Of a stretch of 64,000 nucleotides of DNA, positions 20,682-30,411 are shown piece after piece (within the stretch, counting starts at the first letter, position 1; the number at the start of each line of letters is the position of its first letter). A model generated the notes under the pieces. That model had not been told where the DNA came from. It saw nothing but the letters and a program-made list of their open reading frames with translations, and did not search any database. The stretch lies in NCBI GenBank assembly GCA_900768505.1, contig CAAGED010000012.1, positions 44,062 through 108,061 on the forward strand, written 5' to 3'. The DNA is from Lentisphaeria bacterium (GTDB taxonomy: Bacteria > Verrucomicrobiota > Lentisphaeria > Victivallales > Victivallaceae). Both the position numbers and the translations under genes were made by a program.

Positions 20682-22322
20682 TTAGTTGGTTTGCACCTCC
20701 CGACTCTTGATATTCTCCTGCTCAAACAGCAAATCAAGTTGATTGCGAAGTGAGGAGTTGGGGTCTATTGTGTTATTATGTATTTCAATTCCATTATACT
20801 TCATTACATTATCGCGCATCAGCGCCTGTTCGCGTTTCATACGGTCGGCATCCACTTCCACGCCAGCCAAAACACTCTCCTGCTGCTTGATTTCCTCCAA
20901 AATTTCGTTCAACGTCGCTTCGGAAATCTCTTCCAAACCTACGGTATTAAGCAACCGGTAATAAGCCACATAATAGTTGCTCATGGCCAAAGTACGGGAA
21001 ATCATCGCCTCCACAGTCTCCATTTCCATACGATCCAGCACCAGGCGAGATAGCGTTCCTGATCCTTCGCTCTTGGCACGTGCGGTTTCCAGCGATTCCT
21101 TATGGGTCAAATAAATATTTTCCTGCAACCGGTAACGATCCTCCACGTCCAAAATATTGGCGTGAGCCATACGAACCTGTGCCATGATGCCGACCGACAA
21201 GGCGAGACGACGCAATTTAATCTCTTCCGCCTCGGAATTTTTTGCCCGCAACTCAGCAACCTGCTGCGGCAACTTCATTAAATTATAAGCTGAACGCACC
21301 GCCACTTCCCACCAGGTCTGATTGTAAAGGAACGGGTTGTTGCTGTTGGTCAAATCCGCAGTGGCGCGAACTGACGGAATCATCATCAAAATAGTCTTAT
21401 AACACTCAGTGGTGGTAATATTCGATTGGGTATCCAACTGGTAAAGTTCCGGACGTTCAACCAGAGCAATCTTTTCCAAATCTTCCGGTGCCGGCAATGT
21501 TACCGACTTGAACTCTTTCAACGCCGAGGTATCCACCATAATTTTACTGCCAGGACGCAATCCCATCAAAGCCCGCAACTCAATGCATGAGTTGTTGTAA
21601 TTACGACGATATTCAGTCAAACGCTGCATCAAATTATAAAAACGTTTCCGCTCGTCCAAGACCATCATCCGGTCCACTGCGCTGGATTCGGCCAACTGCT
21701 TGAACGTATCCAACAATCCGTCGCAACGCTTGAGCAACTCCTCTGTCTGATCAATAGCATCCTGAGTAGCGGCAACCTTAAAGTAGGCGCGAACCACCTC
21801 CAATGTCAAATTCTGCTGAGCCCGGCGGCGCTGTTCCTTGGCAATCATCTGCCGGTCGTGTGCCTGTACGGTATTAAAAAAAGCCAAACCGAAATCCAGC
21901 AGACTCAAAGCAAATTCCACCTTAAAGTCGTTTTCATTCTCATCCGAACTTCTGCTGTATGCGTAGGTTTGAGAACCGGTCAAAATATTCTGACTGGAAG
22001 ATCCCGGCATGTTTGAACGCACCCGATAATCATTGCTGACAATCAAATCCGGCAACATTCCCAACGCAGAGGCGGTAACCTGTTCATTCAAGATCCGTTC
22101 CCGCAGCTCTTCAACCTGATAGTCCAAATTCCACTCCCAAGCCATTTGAATGCAATCCACCAGCGTCAAAGTGCGATTTGCATCAATATCCCGCTGGGCC
22201 GCATTCATGCGGGCAATCCACGCATCAGCGATACGGTTTTTACGAATCTCCTCACTGCTTCTGCATCCGACGAAGATCACCATCGCTATCACGCAGAGTA
22301 CGATTGAATAAACGACTTTCAT
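20682..22322 (-). CDS. TolC-like outer membrane efflux/secretion protein (OMF family), a likely lipoprotein
   Basis: 546 aa. The N-terminus MKVVYSIVLCVIAMVIFVGCRSS looks like a signal peptide followed by Cys (lipobox-like). The protein is long, coiled-coil rich, and Q/E/R/L-rich, as in outer membrane factor proteins. SD AAGGGAG lies upstream of the start. It sits 252 nt upstream of the giant gene on the same strand. Confidence 0.65.
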   Translation of the reverse strand: MKVVYSIVLCVIAMVIFVGCRSSEEIRKNRIADAWIARMNAAQRDIDANRTLTLVDCIQMAWEWNLDYQVEELRERILNEQVTASALGMLPDLIVSNDYRVRSNMPGSSSQNILTGSQTYAYSRSSDENENDFKVEFALSLLDFGLAFFNTVQAHDRQMIAKEQRRRAQQNLTLEVVRAYFKVAATQDAIDQTEELLKRCDGLLDTFKQLAESSAVDRMMVLDERKRFYNLMQRLTEYRRNYNNSCIELRALMGLRPGSKIMVDTSALKEFKSVTLPAPEDLEKIALVERPELYQLDTQSNITTTECYKTILMMIPSVRATADLTNSNNPFLYNQTWWEVAVRSAYNLMKLPQQVAELRAKNSEAEEIKLRRLALSVGIMAQVRMAHANILDVEDRYRLQENIYLTHKESLETARAKSEGSGTLSRLVLDRMEMETVEAMISRTLAMSNYYVAYYRLLNTVGLEEISEATLNEILEEIKQQESVLAGVEVDADRMKREQALMRDNVMKYNGIEIHNNTIDPNSSLRNQLDLLFEQENIKSREVQTN

Positions 22323-22696
22323 TTCCTAAAGCTCCCTTTTGAGAATATATAATATTATTATTTTTTATCCATTTTCCTTAACCATCATTTTTCATCCAAA
22401 CACAGATGGTCGCTAATTATATACAGCTTCAGAAGCAAATATTCAAATTGATTTTTATTTTTTTTTTGATTTTTCTCATTTTTTTCTATAAAACAAATGT
22501 TTGAAATCATATTTTGGCAAAATTTTGCATTCATTTTGCTTTTCCACTTGAATTTATCGCCTATTAGATATATTGTCCTTTGATTGTTGCCAACACATTA
22601 TTTTAAGGGGAAAAAGATGGCAGCGCTATTCATTAAATAATACATAAAAAATCAATCAATTCAGTATTTACTGATTTTAAACGGGGTAGTCAAAAT
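22323..22696. promoter_or_regulatory. AT-rich divergent promoter region between the OMF gene (minus) and the MFP operon (plus)
   Basis: 374 nt of noncoding DNA, with poly-T/A tracts and TTGACA/TATAAT-like hexamers on both strands. It contains a TGGCA-N-TTGCAT element at 22514-22529 (see rejected items). Confidence 0.4.
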
Positions 22697-23512
22697 ATGA
22701 ACAATTTAAAATTAGCAGCTCTTATAGCAGTTACCTGCATTGCAACTCCTTTTGTCGCGTCCGATACTCCCGTGATTCCGAACCAGATCAACCCGGACGG
22801 CATCAACGAAACACTTGATGTGAAAACTGTTTTACTGCCGTTCCGCCAGGCGGTAATCTCATCCAATGTGGAGAGCGTGGTAATTAATTATGCGTTTAAA
22901 GAGGGGGAAAAATTCAAAAAAGGCGACGTTATCGCAAAACTTGATGACCGCAGCATCCGCCAGAAGTACCAGCGGGCGCTCGCTTCAGCCAATGAATCAC
23001 TGGCGGCACTTACCTTTGCCCAACGCAACTACGAAAATACCAAGGATCTTTTGAATAAAACCATCGCCAGCGCCATGGATGTCGAACGCGCCAAACTGGA
23101 GGTTGATGTTAATACGGCAAAAAAACAATTCAACGATGCCAATTTGTACCTGGCCAAAATCGAGCAGGAGGAATGCAATATCACCGCCCCTTTTGACGGG
23201 CGTTTAAAACAAAAACTGGTGCAGGAATTTGAATATGTCCGAGTAGGTCAGCAGCTGCTTCACATCATCGATGACACCAAGCTTCTGGCAGTGATGTATA
23301 TCCCGTCCACTCAAGCTCAAAAGGTAAAACTCGGCGATAAGGTCAAACTCTTCATCGATGAAAAAAATGCCACATACACCGGCGAAATTTACGCTATTGC
23401 CAGCGACATCGATCCCGCCAGCCGAACCTTTGAAATCAGAATTCTGGTGGACAACCGCAATGGAGAACTAATCCCCGGCATGTCCGGACGCTATCAGGCT
23501 CTGCAACAGTAA
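22697..23512 (+). CDS. HlyD-family membrane fusion protein (periplasmic adaptor subunit)
   Basis: 271 aa. It has an N-terminal signal/anchor (MNNLKLAALIAVTCIATPFVAS), a biotin-lipoyl-like hairpin region (VVINYAFKEGEKFKKGDVIAKLDD) and a coiled coil, then a beta-domain with the PGMSG motif near the C-terminus typical of MFPs. Confidence 0.7.
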   Translation: MNNLKLAALIAVTCIATPFVASDTPVIPNQINPDGINETLDVKTVLLPFRQAVISSNVESVVINYAFKEGEKFKKGDVIAKLDDRSIRQKYQRALASANESLAALTFAQRNYENTKDLLNKTIASAMDVERAKLEVDVNTAKKQFNDANLYLAKIEQEECNITAPFDGRLKQKLVQEFEYVRVGQQLLHIIDDTKLLAVMYIPSTQAQKVKLGDKVKLFIDEKNATYTGEIYAIASDIDPASRTFEIRILVDNRNGELIPGMSGRYQALQQ

Positions 23513-23536
23513 CAATCGGATGGAGAACATTTTATT

Positions 23537-24952
23537 ATGCCGCAACCGCAAGATATTCAGAAAGAGTTAATCGCCGCCAAGGGCAAGCTCAACGCCATAT
23601 CCTCAATCATACGTCTTGGGCACGAAGCCTTCTCCAAGATTGACCTGATCTCCTGGGGAGAACATGTGGTAAACAATTCGATTTTAGCGATTTCATACCT
23701 GCGTTCTTCTCTTTTGGATTTCCGGGGTAAAAATCCTAAACTGCTGGCCGTCAGCGGTCAGACCAGTGTCAACGCCGATTCCGAATTCGGTTCCGAAATT
23801 ACCGCAATTGCGGCCGCACTGGGAATGCCGGAAAAGATCACTGTTTTAAACCGCAACGATTTGGAAAACCAGAATGTTTCCGAAACCGCGTTGGCCGCCT
23901 TCGACTACCTCAGCGAAAACTCCCCGGCTATCCTCGCTATTCCAATTCGTACCCCCAGCAAGGATGGCGGCGAAAGCAGTTCAATGCTATGGATCGTGGA
24001 GCTGCCGCAGATTGAACAAATTCCACTGGCCAGCGCCATGGGATCATTGCTGGCTCAACATTACGGTGAATCGCTTTTCTATATCCTTAACAACAAGACA
24101 ACCTCGGCATCGCTGAAAGCGGCCATTTCACGCAATAAATGGCTGGCGCCATCCCGAATTTTTCTCTACATTATTGTCGGATTTATTTTAGCGGCAGTTT
24201 TTGTCCGGATTCCTCAAAACGTCTCGGCTGAATTTGAGATTGTGCCTAACACGGACAACATTTATTACGCCCCATACGACGGCATTATCGCCAAATGTTT
24301 TCAAAAAGACGGCGACACCATCAATGTCGGAATGCCGATTTTGGCATTCGACACCGATGAGCGCAAATTCAACTTGGCCGCGGCACTCACCGAGTATCAG
24401 CGAGTCAGTGCCCAATTGGAAATTACTCAGCGTGAAGCCATCAGCGATGTGGCAAAACGCGCTCAGGTAAAACTGCTGGAACTCCAGAAAAACAAATGCG
24501 CCGTGGAAATCAACCGCAACAACTACTTTCTGAATCAGAGTGAGATAAAATCCACCAATCCGGGCAAACTCTCCATTGGAGAGGCAAGTAAATTGGAAGG
24601 TAAAGCCGTCCGCTCCGGCGAGAAACTTTTTGAAGTGATTGCCACTGACAATCTGGTGGCATTGGTGCAATTGGACGAACGCAATTCATCGGTTTTGAAT
24701 GCCAATCCGGCGGTGACGCTATACCTTTATACCAAACCGGAAGTGGCAATCAGCGGCGAAATAACCTTGGTCAGCCCCAAACCGGTTCTAAACGAGCGCA
24801 AACAATATTGCTACGAAATCAAAACACGGCTTAAAAATGTTAATACCGAACTTATTTGCGGCATGCGCGGCATCGCCCGTATTACCGGCGAAAAGGTCAG
24901 CCTTGGTTACTACCTCTTCCGGCAGCTGGTACTCTGGTGGCGAAAGATTTGA
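23537..24952 (+). CDS. HlyD-family membrane fusion protein with an additional ~200-aa N-terminal cytoplasmic domain and a single TM helix
   Basis: 471 aa. A TM segment IFLYIIVGFILAAVFV sits at about aa 205-220. After it come YYAPYDGIIAKCFQKDGDTINVGMPILAFD (lipoyl-like), a coiled coil, and a beta-barrel domain. The gene is 24 nt after the previous MFP gene. Confidence 0.65.
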   Translation: MPQPQDIQKELIAAKGKLNAISSIIRLGHEAFSKIDLISWGEHVVNNSILAISYLRSSLLDFRGKNPKLLAVSGQTSVNADSEFGSEITAIAAALGMPEKITVLNRNDLENQNVSETALAAFDYLSENSPAILAIPIRTPSKDGGESSSMLWIVELPQIEQIPLASAMGSLLAQHYGESLFYILNNKTTSASLKAAISRNKWLAPSRIFLYIIVGFILAAVFVRIPQNVSAEFEIVPNTDNIYYAPYDGIIAKCFQKDGDTINVGMPILAFDTDERKFNLAAALTEYQRVSAQLEITQREAISDVAKRAQVKLLELQKNKCAVEINRNNYFLNQSEIKSTNPGKLSIGEASKLEGKAVRSGEKLFEVIATDNLVALVQLDERNSSVLNANPAVTLYLYTKPEVAISGEITLVSPKPVLNERKQYCYEIKTRLKNVNTELICGMRGIARITGEKVSLGYYLFRQLVLWWRKI

Positions 24953-24954
24953 TT

Positions 24955-27291
24955 ATGGCAGAAAACAACATCTCATTACCGGCGCCGGAGTTACACGGCG
25001 ATGGTAAAAATTTCTCATTGAAGGGCAATCCTCTGCCTCAGGATGATATTTCGCCCGGCGGAACTACCAAGCCTGCCGCTGGCGAGGTAATATCCGGTTC
25101 GGACACACACTCCGGCGGGAACTCCGTTAGCGTCAACTCTCCAGCAGATTCGGCGCAAGGTGCTCCGATTCCACAACCCGCATTGCAGGAAAAAAAAATT
25201 TATGTAGGCGGATTGCGCACTGATATTGAAATTTTTCCCGGCGAAACCGATCAACAAGGGGCGCCGACTTGGATTATTTTCGATCCGGTCGCCGATACAT
25301 ATTTTAGGGTATCAGAAAAATATTACCGCATCATCAGCGCCTTGTCCGGCACCTACGAATTGGAGCAGTTCATTCGCAAAATGCAGTGTTCCGGTCTGAA
25401 TGTCAACAAAACCGACATTTTAAAAATTATTCAGTTCCTCAATATCGGCAACCTGTTGCTTCCGACTTACGGCGCATCGGCGGACAAAGCTGGTAAAATG
25501 CGGGCCAATAAAAGGAAAATGTTGTGGCACATTATTTTATCCACATACCTTTTTTTCCGGATTCCGCTTTTTAAGCCGGATAAATTTCTCAACCGCACTG
25601 CAGATGCGATACACAAAATATTCAATCACTGGCTTTTGATGACATTGAGTCTCATCGCACTGCTGGGATACGTTGGAATTATTGCCAATTTTGCAAAATT
25701 CACCGATGCTTTCATGAAATCAATTTCAGTTCAAGGATTGATGCGTTACTCAATCGCCGTGATTTTCATCAAAATCATCCATGAATTCTCCCACGCTTAT
25801 ACCGCAAAAAAATATGGCTGCCGGGTTAGGAAAATGGGTATTGCCGTGGTATTTTTCTTCCCACGGCTTTATTCAGACCTAACCGATGCCTGGCGGGTGG
25901 CCGACCGCAGAAAACGCTTTTTAATTGACGGCGCCGGAATTTTCAGTGAACTTATCATCGGCGGATTGGCCGCCGTGGTTTGGTTGAATTCCCGCCCCGG
26001 TATCACCCAAAGCATAAGTTATTATATTTTTGCAGTTTCGGCCATCAATACATTGATGATTAACGGTAACTTTTTCATAAAATATGACGGCTACTACATG
26101 CTGATGGATCTAATAAATGTAGACAATTTGCAGCGTCGAAGTGTGGAAACCATCCGCAATATATGGCGCAAATTTTTCTGGGGGATTCAGCCGCCCCCAA
26201 ATCCGGACGAGCCAACGATCATCACCCAAAATCTGCTGGTATTATATGGCATTGGTTCGTTTATCTACCGAATATTTCTTTACTCTTCAATTATTTTTCT
26301 GGTCTACTTCAGTTTCGATTTTCTCAAACCACTGGCCATCACCTTGTTGGGGTTGGAAGCATTTTTACTAATTATCAAACCATTTTATGATGAAACAAAG
26401 CAGGTATTTATGAATCGAAAAAACATTGCTCGAAAAAACCTGCTCCTTTCCGGAGCCGGTGTGGCCATTATTTTTTTATTGCTGGTGCTTCCGCTGCCCT
26501 GGACCTTGTCGCTGCCATGCGAAATACAATCAGCGCAGCAATCCGTAGTATACGCCGCATTCGATGGGTATCTTGAAGAGATAAAAGTGGCCAACAAGGA
26601 TAATGTCACCGCCGGACAACTACTCTTCAGACAACAAAACCCTTTTGTACATATGGCAATGGAGACGGCCGCAATTGATCTTGCAATTGACCAGACCATT
26701 CTTGATCAAACCGAGAGCAACAGCAAAAAAATCAGCCAGATGGAGGTTGTTGCACAATCTCTGCAGAGCAGTAAAAATAAAATAGCTGAAGCGGAACGTA
26801 AACTGGAACTTCTAAATATTTCAGCACCGCAAAATGGCATATTCAACCTTCACAATCGTCGTCTTACCACGGGAAAATGGCTGACAAAAGGCGAAGTGCT
26901 TGGCGACATTCACGATCCCGGAAAATTAATTGGCAACGCATACGTCGAGGAGCAGGATGCCAAATATATTGAAATTGGCGAAAGTGTGGAATTTTCGCTT
27001 CCGGATCAAATCCAAAGCTACAGAGGCAAGGTGGTTGAATTAAACGAACTTCCGGCCGCCCTCCCCGCCTCGCCACTGCTTAATATCAGTGGCGGCCCCA
27101 TTAACGGAACATTTAACGAGCAGGGAGAATTTATCGCCATGACCACTTATTATCAAGTAAAAATTGAATTTGAAAAAAATGCTCCACCAGCCGGGCGCAG
27201 TGGAATTGCATCTCTTACTAAATATTCATCGGTAGCTGGTAATCTCCTGCGTACCGTCTGGCATGTACTGCTCCGGGAACTTAGTTTCTGA
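24955..27291 (+). CDS. Fusion protein: multi-TM peptidase M50 (site-2 protease-like zinc metalloprotease, HExxH = HEFSH) joined to a C-terminal HlyD-like periplasmic membrane-fusion domain
   Basis: The ORF track gives 24856..27291. I prefer the ATG at 24955, 2 nt after the stop of the upstream gene (translational coupling), which gives MAENNISLP... HEFSH is encoded at 25780-25794 inside a predicted TM helix. A downstream YDGYYMLMDL segment resembles the S2P LDG motif. About 8 hydrophobic helices are present. The C-terminal ~300 aa (VVYAAFDGYLEEIKVANKDNVTAGQLLF ... coiled coil ... LNISAPQNGIF) have MFP-like architecture. Confidence 0.6.
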   Translation: MAENNISLPAPELHGDGKNFSLKGNPLPQDDISPGGTTKPAAGEVISGSDTHSGGNSVSVNSPADSAQGAPIPQPALQEKKIYVGGLRTDIEIFPGETDQQGAPTWIIFDPVADTYFRVSEKYYRIISALSGTYELEQFIRKMQCSGLNVNKTDILKIIQFLNIGNLLLPTYGASADKAGKMRANKRKMLWHIILSTYLFFRIPLFKPDKFLNRTADAIHKIFNHWLLMTLSLIALLGYVGIIANFAKFTDAFMKSISVQGLMRYSIAVIFIKIIHEFSHAYTAKKYGCRVRKMGIAVVFFFPRLYSDLTDAWRVADRRKRFLIDGAGIFSELIIGGLAAVVWLNSRPGITQSISYYIFAVSAINTLMINGNFFIKYDGYYMLMDLINVDNLQRRSVETIRNIWRKFFWGIQPPPNPDEPTIITQNLLVLYGIGSFIYRIFLYSSIIFLVYFSFDFLKPLAITLLGLEAFLLIIKPFYDETKQVFMNRKNIARKNLLLSGAGVAIIFLLLVLPLPWTLSLPCEIQSAQQSVVYAAFDGYLEEIKVANKDNVTAGQLLFRQQNPFVHMAMETAAIDLAIDQTILDQTESNSKKISQMEVVAQSLQSSKNKIAEAERKLELLNISAPQNGIFNLHNRRLTTGKWLTKGEVLGDIHDPGKLIGNAYVEEQDAKYIEIGESVEFSLPDQIQSYRGKVVELNELPAALPASPLLNISGGPINGTFNEQGEFIAMTTYYQVKIEFEKNAPPAGRSGIASLTKYSSVAGNLLRTVWHVLLRELSF

Positions 27292-28039
27292 TTTTTTTTG
27301 CAAAATATGCGGAATCTTGCACTCTTGCGGCGATATGTTGTTTCGGCCACATAGTATGCTCCCTCAGCGCCAATCTTACAAAAACGCAATCTGCTCGCCT
27401 ATTTTGCAAAAAAACATGATAATGCGATAAACCAATGTTCTTTCGCGAAGCGGAAACGGCGTGTTCCAAGGCAGTGCGCCTTGGTATGGTGGGAATAAAA
27501 AATTCCCATTCTTTATGCTGGCTGCCAGCTATGGGGTGAAAATTGTAAATCCACTTATAATCGTTATAACAACCCACAAAAGAATCACAACTCCATGTGT
27601 TTATTCTCCGAAACTGATTTGTGAGTTGCGGCTTATTTCTCCGGCGTTCTTAATTTAAATATGACCAAATAACATTCGCAACTTATAAATTTTCTAAAAA
27701 AAGAGAGGGTTTTTTATACTCTTCATTTAGAAAAAGTTGTCCGGCCAAGGAGATAGGCGCAAAATCCACTCAGCCGCATAAATTTCGGTATTCGGACTCT
27801 CTTCTACGTTGAAATCGCAATGTAAAAACTATATTTTCTTGCTAATTTACAAGTACTCCCAATAAATTTCAGCCAAAATTTAGTATCGCAAAGCATCAAT
27901 GGCGACGCAACTCTTGAATTTACGGTCATAACTCTTTTCATAAAACGGCCATTTTCTTATTAATTTAATGCTCGTTTCACACCGATTCAAGTTGGCCAGT
28001 TTCGGAGCAAACGCCGAGGCGTACAAGTCGGAAAATCAG

Positions 28040-29206
28040 TTATTTTTTCAAGCAATAATTACGAACAAACTGCAACGTCTTAAGCCCGTCAAACCAGCAA
28101 TGAAATGCCTGACGCTGCGATGGAAGTTTTCGCGGAGTATTGGGAAAAATTTTTGTCCAGGCCGCAGCAAAATTATTCTCCCTCAAAAAAAGACGGAAAT
28201 TTTCTCCCGACAATTTTAACAAATTCTCCGGAAGATGTTCAAAAAAACTAATTTCACCAGCCGACTCCACTCCTAAAAATACCTTTTTAAGCTCGTTAAA
28301 GGGTTCCAACGGGAACAATTCAATCCTCTCCTCGCCACGCACCACGCCCTCCACCTTTCGCCCGGTGCCGAACGGTACTCGATCGCTGAATCGACCGGAG
28401 GGATGAACCACCACCGAATCAATAACACCAATTACGCCGATTTTACGCAACGCCTGCAAAAAATAAAAATCCTCACCGGCCTCCCGAACCCGCATCCCTC
28501 CACTGCGGATATATTCCGCCCAAGGTGTGGCAATTGCCGATCCCAACGCCCAAAACGCATAAGGCGAATTGGCATAACAAAGTTTTTGGTAGTAATCCTT
28601 AATATATGTTTCGTAATTTATTACTGCACGGCGAGCCGCCGCCGCGTCCGGCAGTTGATGCTGAAAATTCAATACCGCCCCCGCCCAATCCGGATTTTTA
28701 CGAAATTCCGATAAAACCTCCGACACATAATTTTCCGGCACCAGCGTATCCGCATCCAGAGAAAAAAGCACTCCATCGGCTCGACGAATTGATTTGAGCA
28801 CATTATCCAAACCAATTTTTCGCGCCATGCCAACGCCACCCTTGCTCAATTCCCGCTCCGGCGAGGCACAATCCAGCCAAAAAAGATTTTTCCCCGCCCG
28901 GAGCCCATTCCCGCCGGGAAAATCACCACCGCGCAACTGCGCAAGCAACTGTAAATTTTCCTTCTTCCCACCCGGAGCCGAATTTGACATATTATTTACC
29001 ACCAGCAACACGGCGGCAGTTTCGTCGGTATAGGCAAACGCCGCCGCCAAACTTTTCAGTGTGGCAGGCAGTGCAATTAACTCGGCAAACACCGGAATAA
29101 CCACCCAAGCGGCAAAATAATTTTCCGGCGGAAGCGATGGCTCAACTAGGTAATTTTTTACCGTCGCCAGATATTTCAACTGATTACGATCAAAGCAATC
29201 ACTCAC
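28040..29206 (-). CDS. Glycosyltransferase family 2 protein
   Basis: 388 aa. A DAD motif (LDADTLVPENY), a GT-A-like N-terminal region, and overall GT2-like composition. The start overlaps the rsmA stop by 4 nt. Confidence 0.6.
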   Translation of the reverse strand: MSDCFDRNQLKYLATVKNYLVEPSLPPENYFAAWVVIPVFAELIALPATLKSLAAAFAYTDETAAVLLVVNNMSNSAPGGKKENLQLLAQLRGGDFPGGNGLRAGKNLFWLDCASPERELSKGGVGMARKIGLDNVLKSIRRADGVLFSLDADTLVPENYVSEVLSEFRKNPDWAGAVLNFQHQLPDAAAARRAVINYETYIKDYYQKLCYANSPYAFWALGSAIATPWAEYIRSGGMRVREAGEDFYFLQALRKIGVIGVIDSVVVHPSGRFSDRVPFGTGRKVEGVVRGEERIELFPLEPFNELKKVFLGVESAGEISFFEHLPENLLKLSGENFRLFLRENNFAAAWTKIFPNTPRKLPSQRQAFHCWFDGLKTLQFVRNYCLKK

Positions 29207-30024
29207 ATCAACTCCCTGGTCAATTTTACAAAATCCTCCACGGTCAGGGCCGCCGGACGAACCTCTGGCCGGATTCCCAACTTTTCAAAGGCGCTCTCCA
29301 CTCTGGTCCGGTCAAAATTACCGGAGAGCACCTTGCACATCTGTTTGCGGCGCTGCAAAAATGCCGTCTTGGTGACGGATGAAAGACGTTTACGAAATCT
29401 CATATCCATATCCACATCTTTTTTCAAATCAAACTGCACCACCGCCGATTCAACCTTGGGCTGGGGATAAAATACCGTCGGCGGCACCACACGAATGATT
29501 TTCACATCATACAAATATTGTGTTCTCACGCTCAACGCTCCGTAATCCTTGCAATCAAACGCTGCGGCCAGCCGCTCCGCCATCTCCTTTTGCAGCATGA
29601 AAATCATCTGATTTGGCACATTCTCCAACTCCAGCAGCCGCGCCACAAATATACTGCTGATTGAATAAGGTAAATTGGCCACAGCCCGAAATTTTTCATC
29701 TTTGGGCAACGATTCGCCAATATTGACCCGGCAGGCATCTCCCTCGATCAGATGGAAGTTATCCGCCGTTATCTCTTTGCGCAAATAATCACAAATCCGA
29801 CGGTCAAATTCAATGGAGTAGAGTTGCGCCCCCGCATTCAGCAGGGGTTGCGATAAAGCGCCGAAACCGGGGCCGGCTTCCAGAATGACTTCGCCGGGTT
29901 GAACATTGGCACTGCGGACGATGAAATCCAGCAAATTACTGTCAACCAAAAAATTTTGTCCCAGCATTTTGCCCGGACGCATTCCGAATTTCTCCAACAC
30001 CTGACCTAATTCAGTCTTATTCAT
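29203..30024 (-). CDS. rsmA: 16S rRNA (adenine1518-N6/adenine1519-N6)-dimethyltransferase RsmA/KsgA
   Basis: 273 aa. The N-terminus LGQNFLVDSNLLDFIV and the SAM-binding motif VLEAGPGFGALS are characteristic. Confidence 0.9.
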   Translation of the reverse strand: MNKTELGQVLEKFGMRPGKMLGQNFLVDSNLLDFIVRSANVQPGEVILEAGPGFGALSQPLLNAGAQLYSIEFDRRICDYLRKEITADNFHLIEGDACRVNIGESLPKDEKFRAVANLPYSISSIFVARLLELENVPNQMIFMLQKEMAERLAAAFDCKDYGALSVRTQYLYDVKIIRVVPPTVFYPQPKVESAVVQFDLKKDVDMDMRFRKRLSSVTKTAFLQRRKQMCKVLSGNFDRTRVESAFEKLGIRPEVRPAALTVEDFVKLTRELM

Positions 30025-30079
30025 AAGTGATTACTTTTCCAATCCAGCTTGATATTTCTCAATTTATTAGAATCTAATT

Positions 30080-30307
30080 TTATTTCCCGCAACCGCAAGC
30101 GCCGCCGTGGCAGCAGCCTCCGGAAATTGCACTTGGACACGCTTCACGCCGGGCACACGCGGAAGATATTTTGGGGGCGAAAGTGGAATTTGCCCTGACA
30201 ATTTTACCTGAACCGCATTGAGGGCAGCTAACTGCCTCCTGACGATTTTTCAGTAATTTTTCAAAAGAAGCCCCGCACTCATCGCATCTATATTCAAAAA
30301 TTGGCAT
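30080..30307 (-). CDS. FmdB-family zinc-ribbon putative regulatory protein
   Basis: 75 aa. MPIFEYRCDECGASFE...CPQCGS is the classic FmdB CxxC...CxxC N-terminus. Confidence 0.7.
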   Translation of the reverse strand: MPIFEYRCDECGASFEKLLKNRQEAVSCPQCGSGKIVRANSTFAPKISSACARREACPSAISGGCCHGGACGCGK

Positions 30308-30411
30308 TTAAATCTCCCGATTGCTTTTATTCTTCGTCAACGGCGCTATATTATACGCTGAAAATATTATCCATATATATAATATAACCAACCCAATGTA
30401 AAAAACAAACC

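Noticed and set aside
22514-22529. Sigma-54-like -24/-12 element TGGCAaaattTTGCAt oriented toward the MFP operon
   Set aside because: The GG to GC spacing is one nucleotide shorter than the strict canonical spacing. No enhancer-binding protein gene is in the window. Kept only as a weak possibility.
24856-24954. Upstream in-frame start at 24856 for the M50::HlyD gene, as in the ORF track
   Set aside because: It would overlap the preceding gene by 97 nt. The ATG at 24955 sits 2 nt after the upstream stop, which fits translational coupling.
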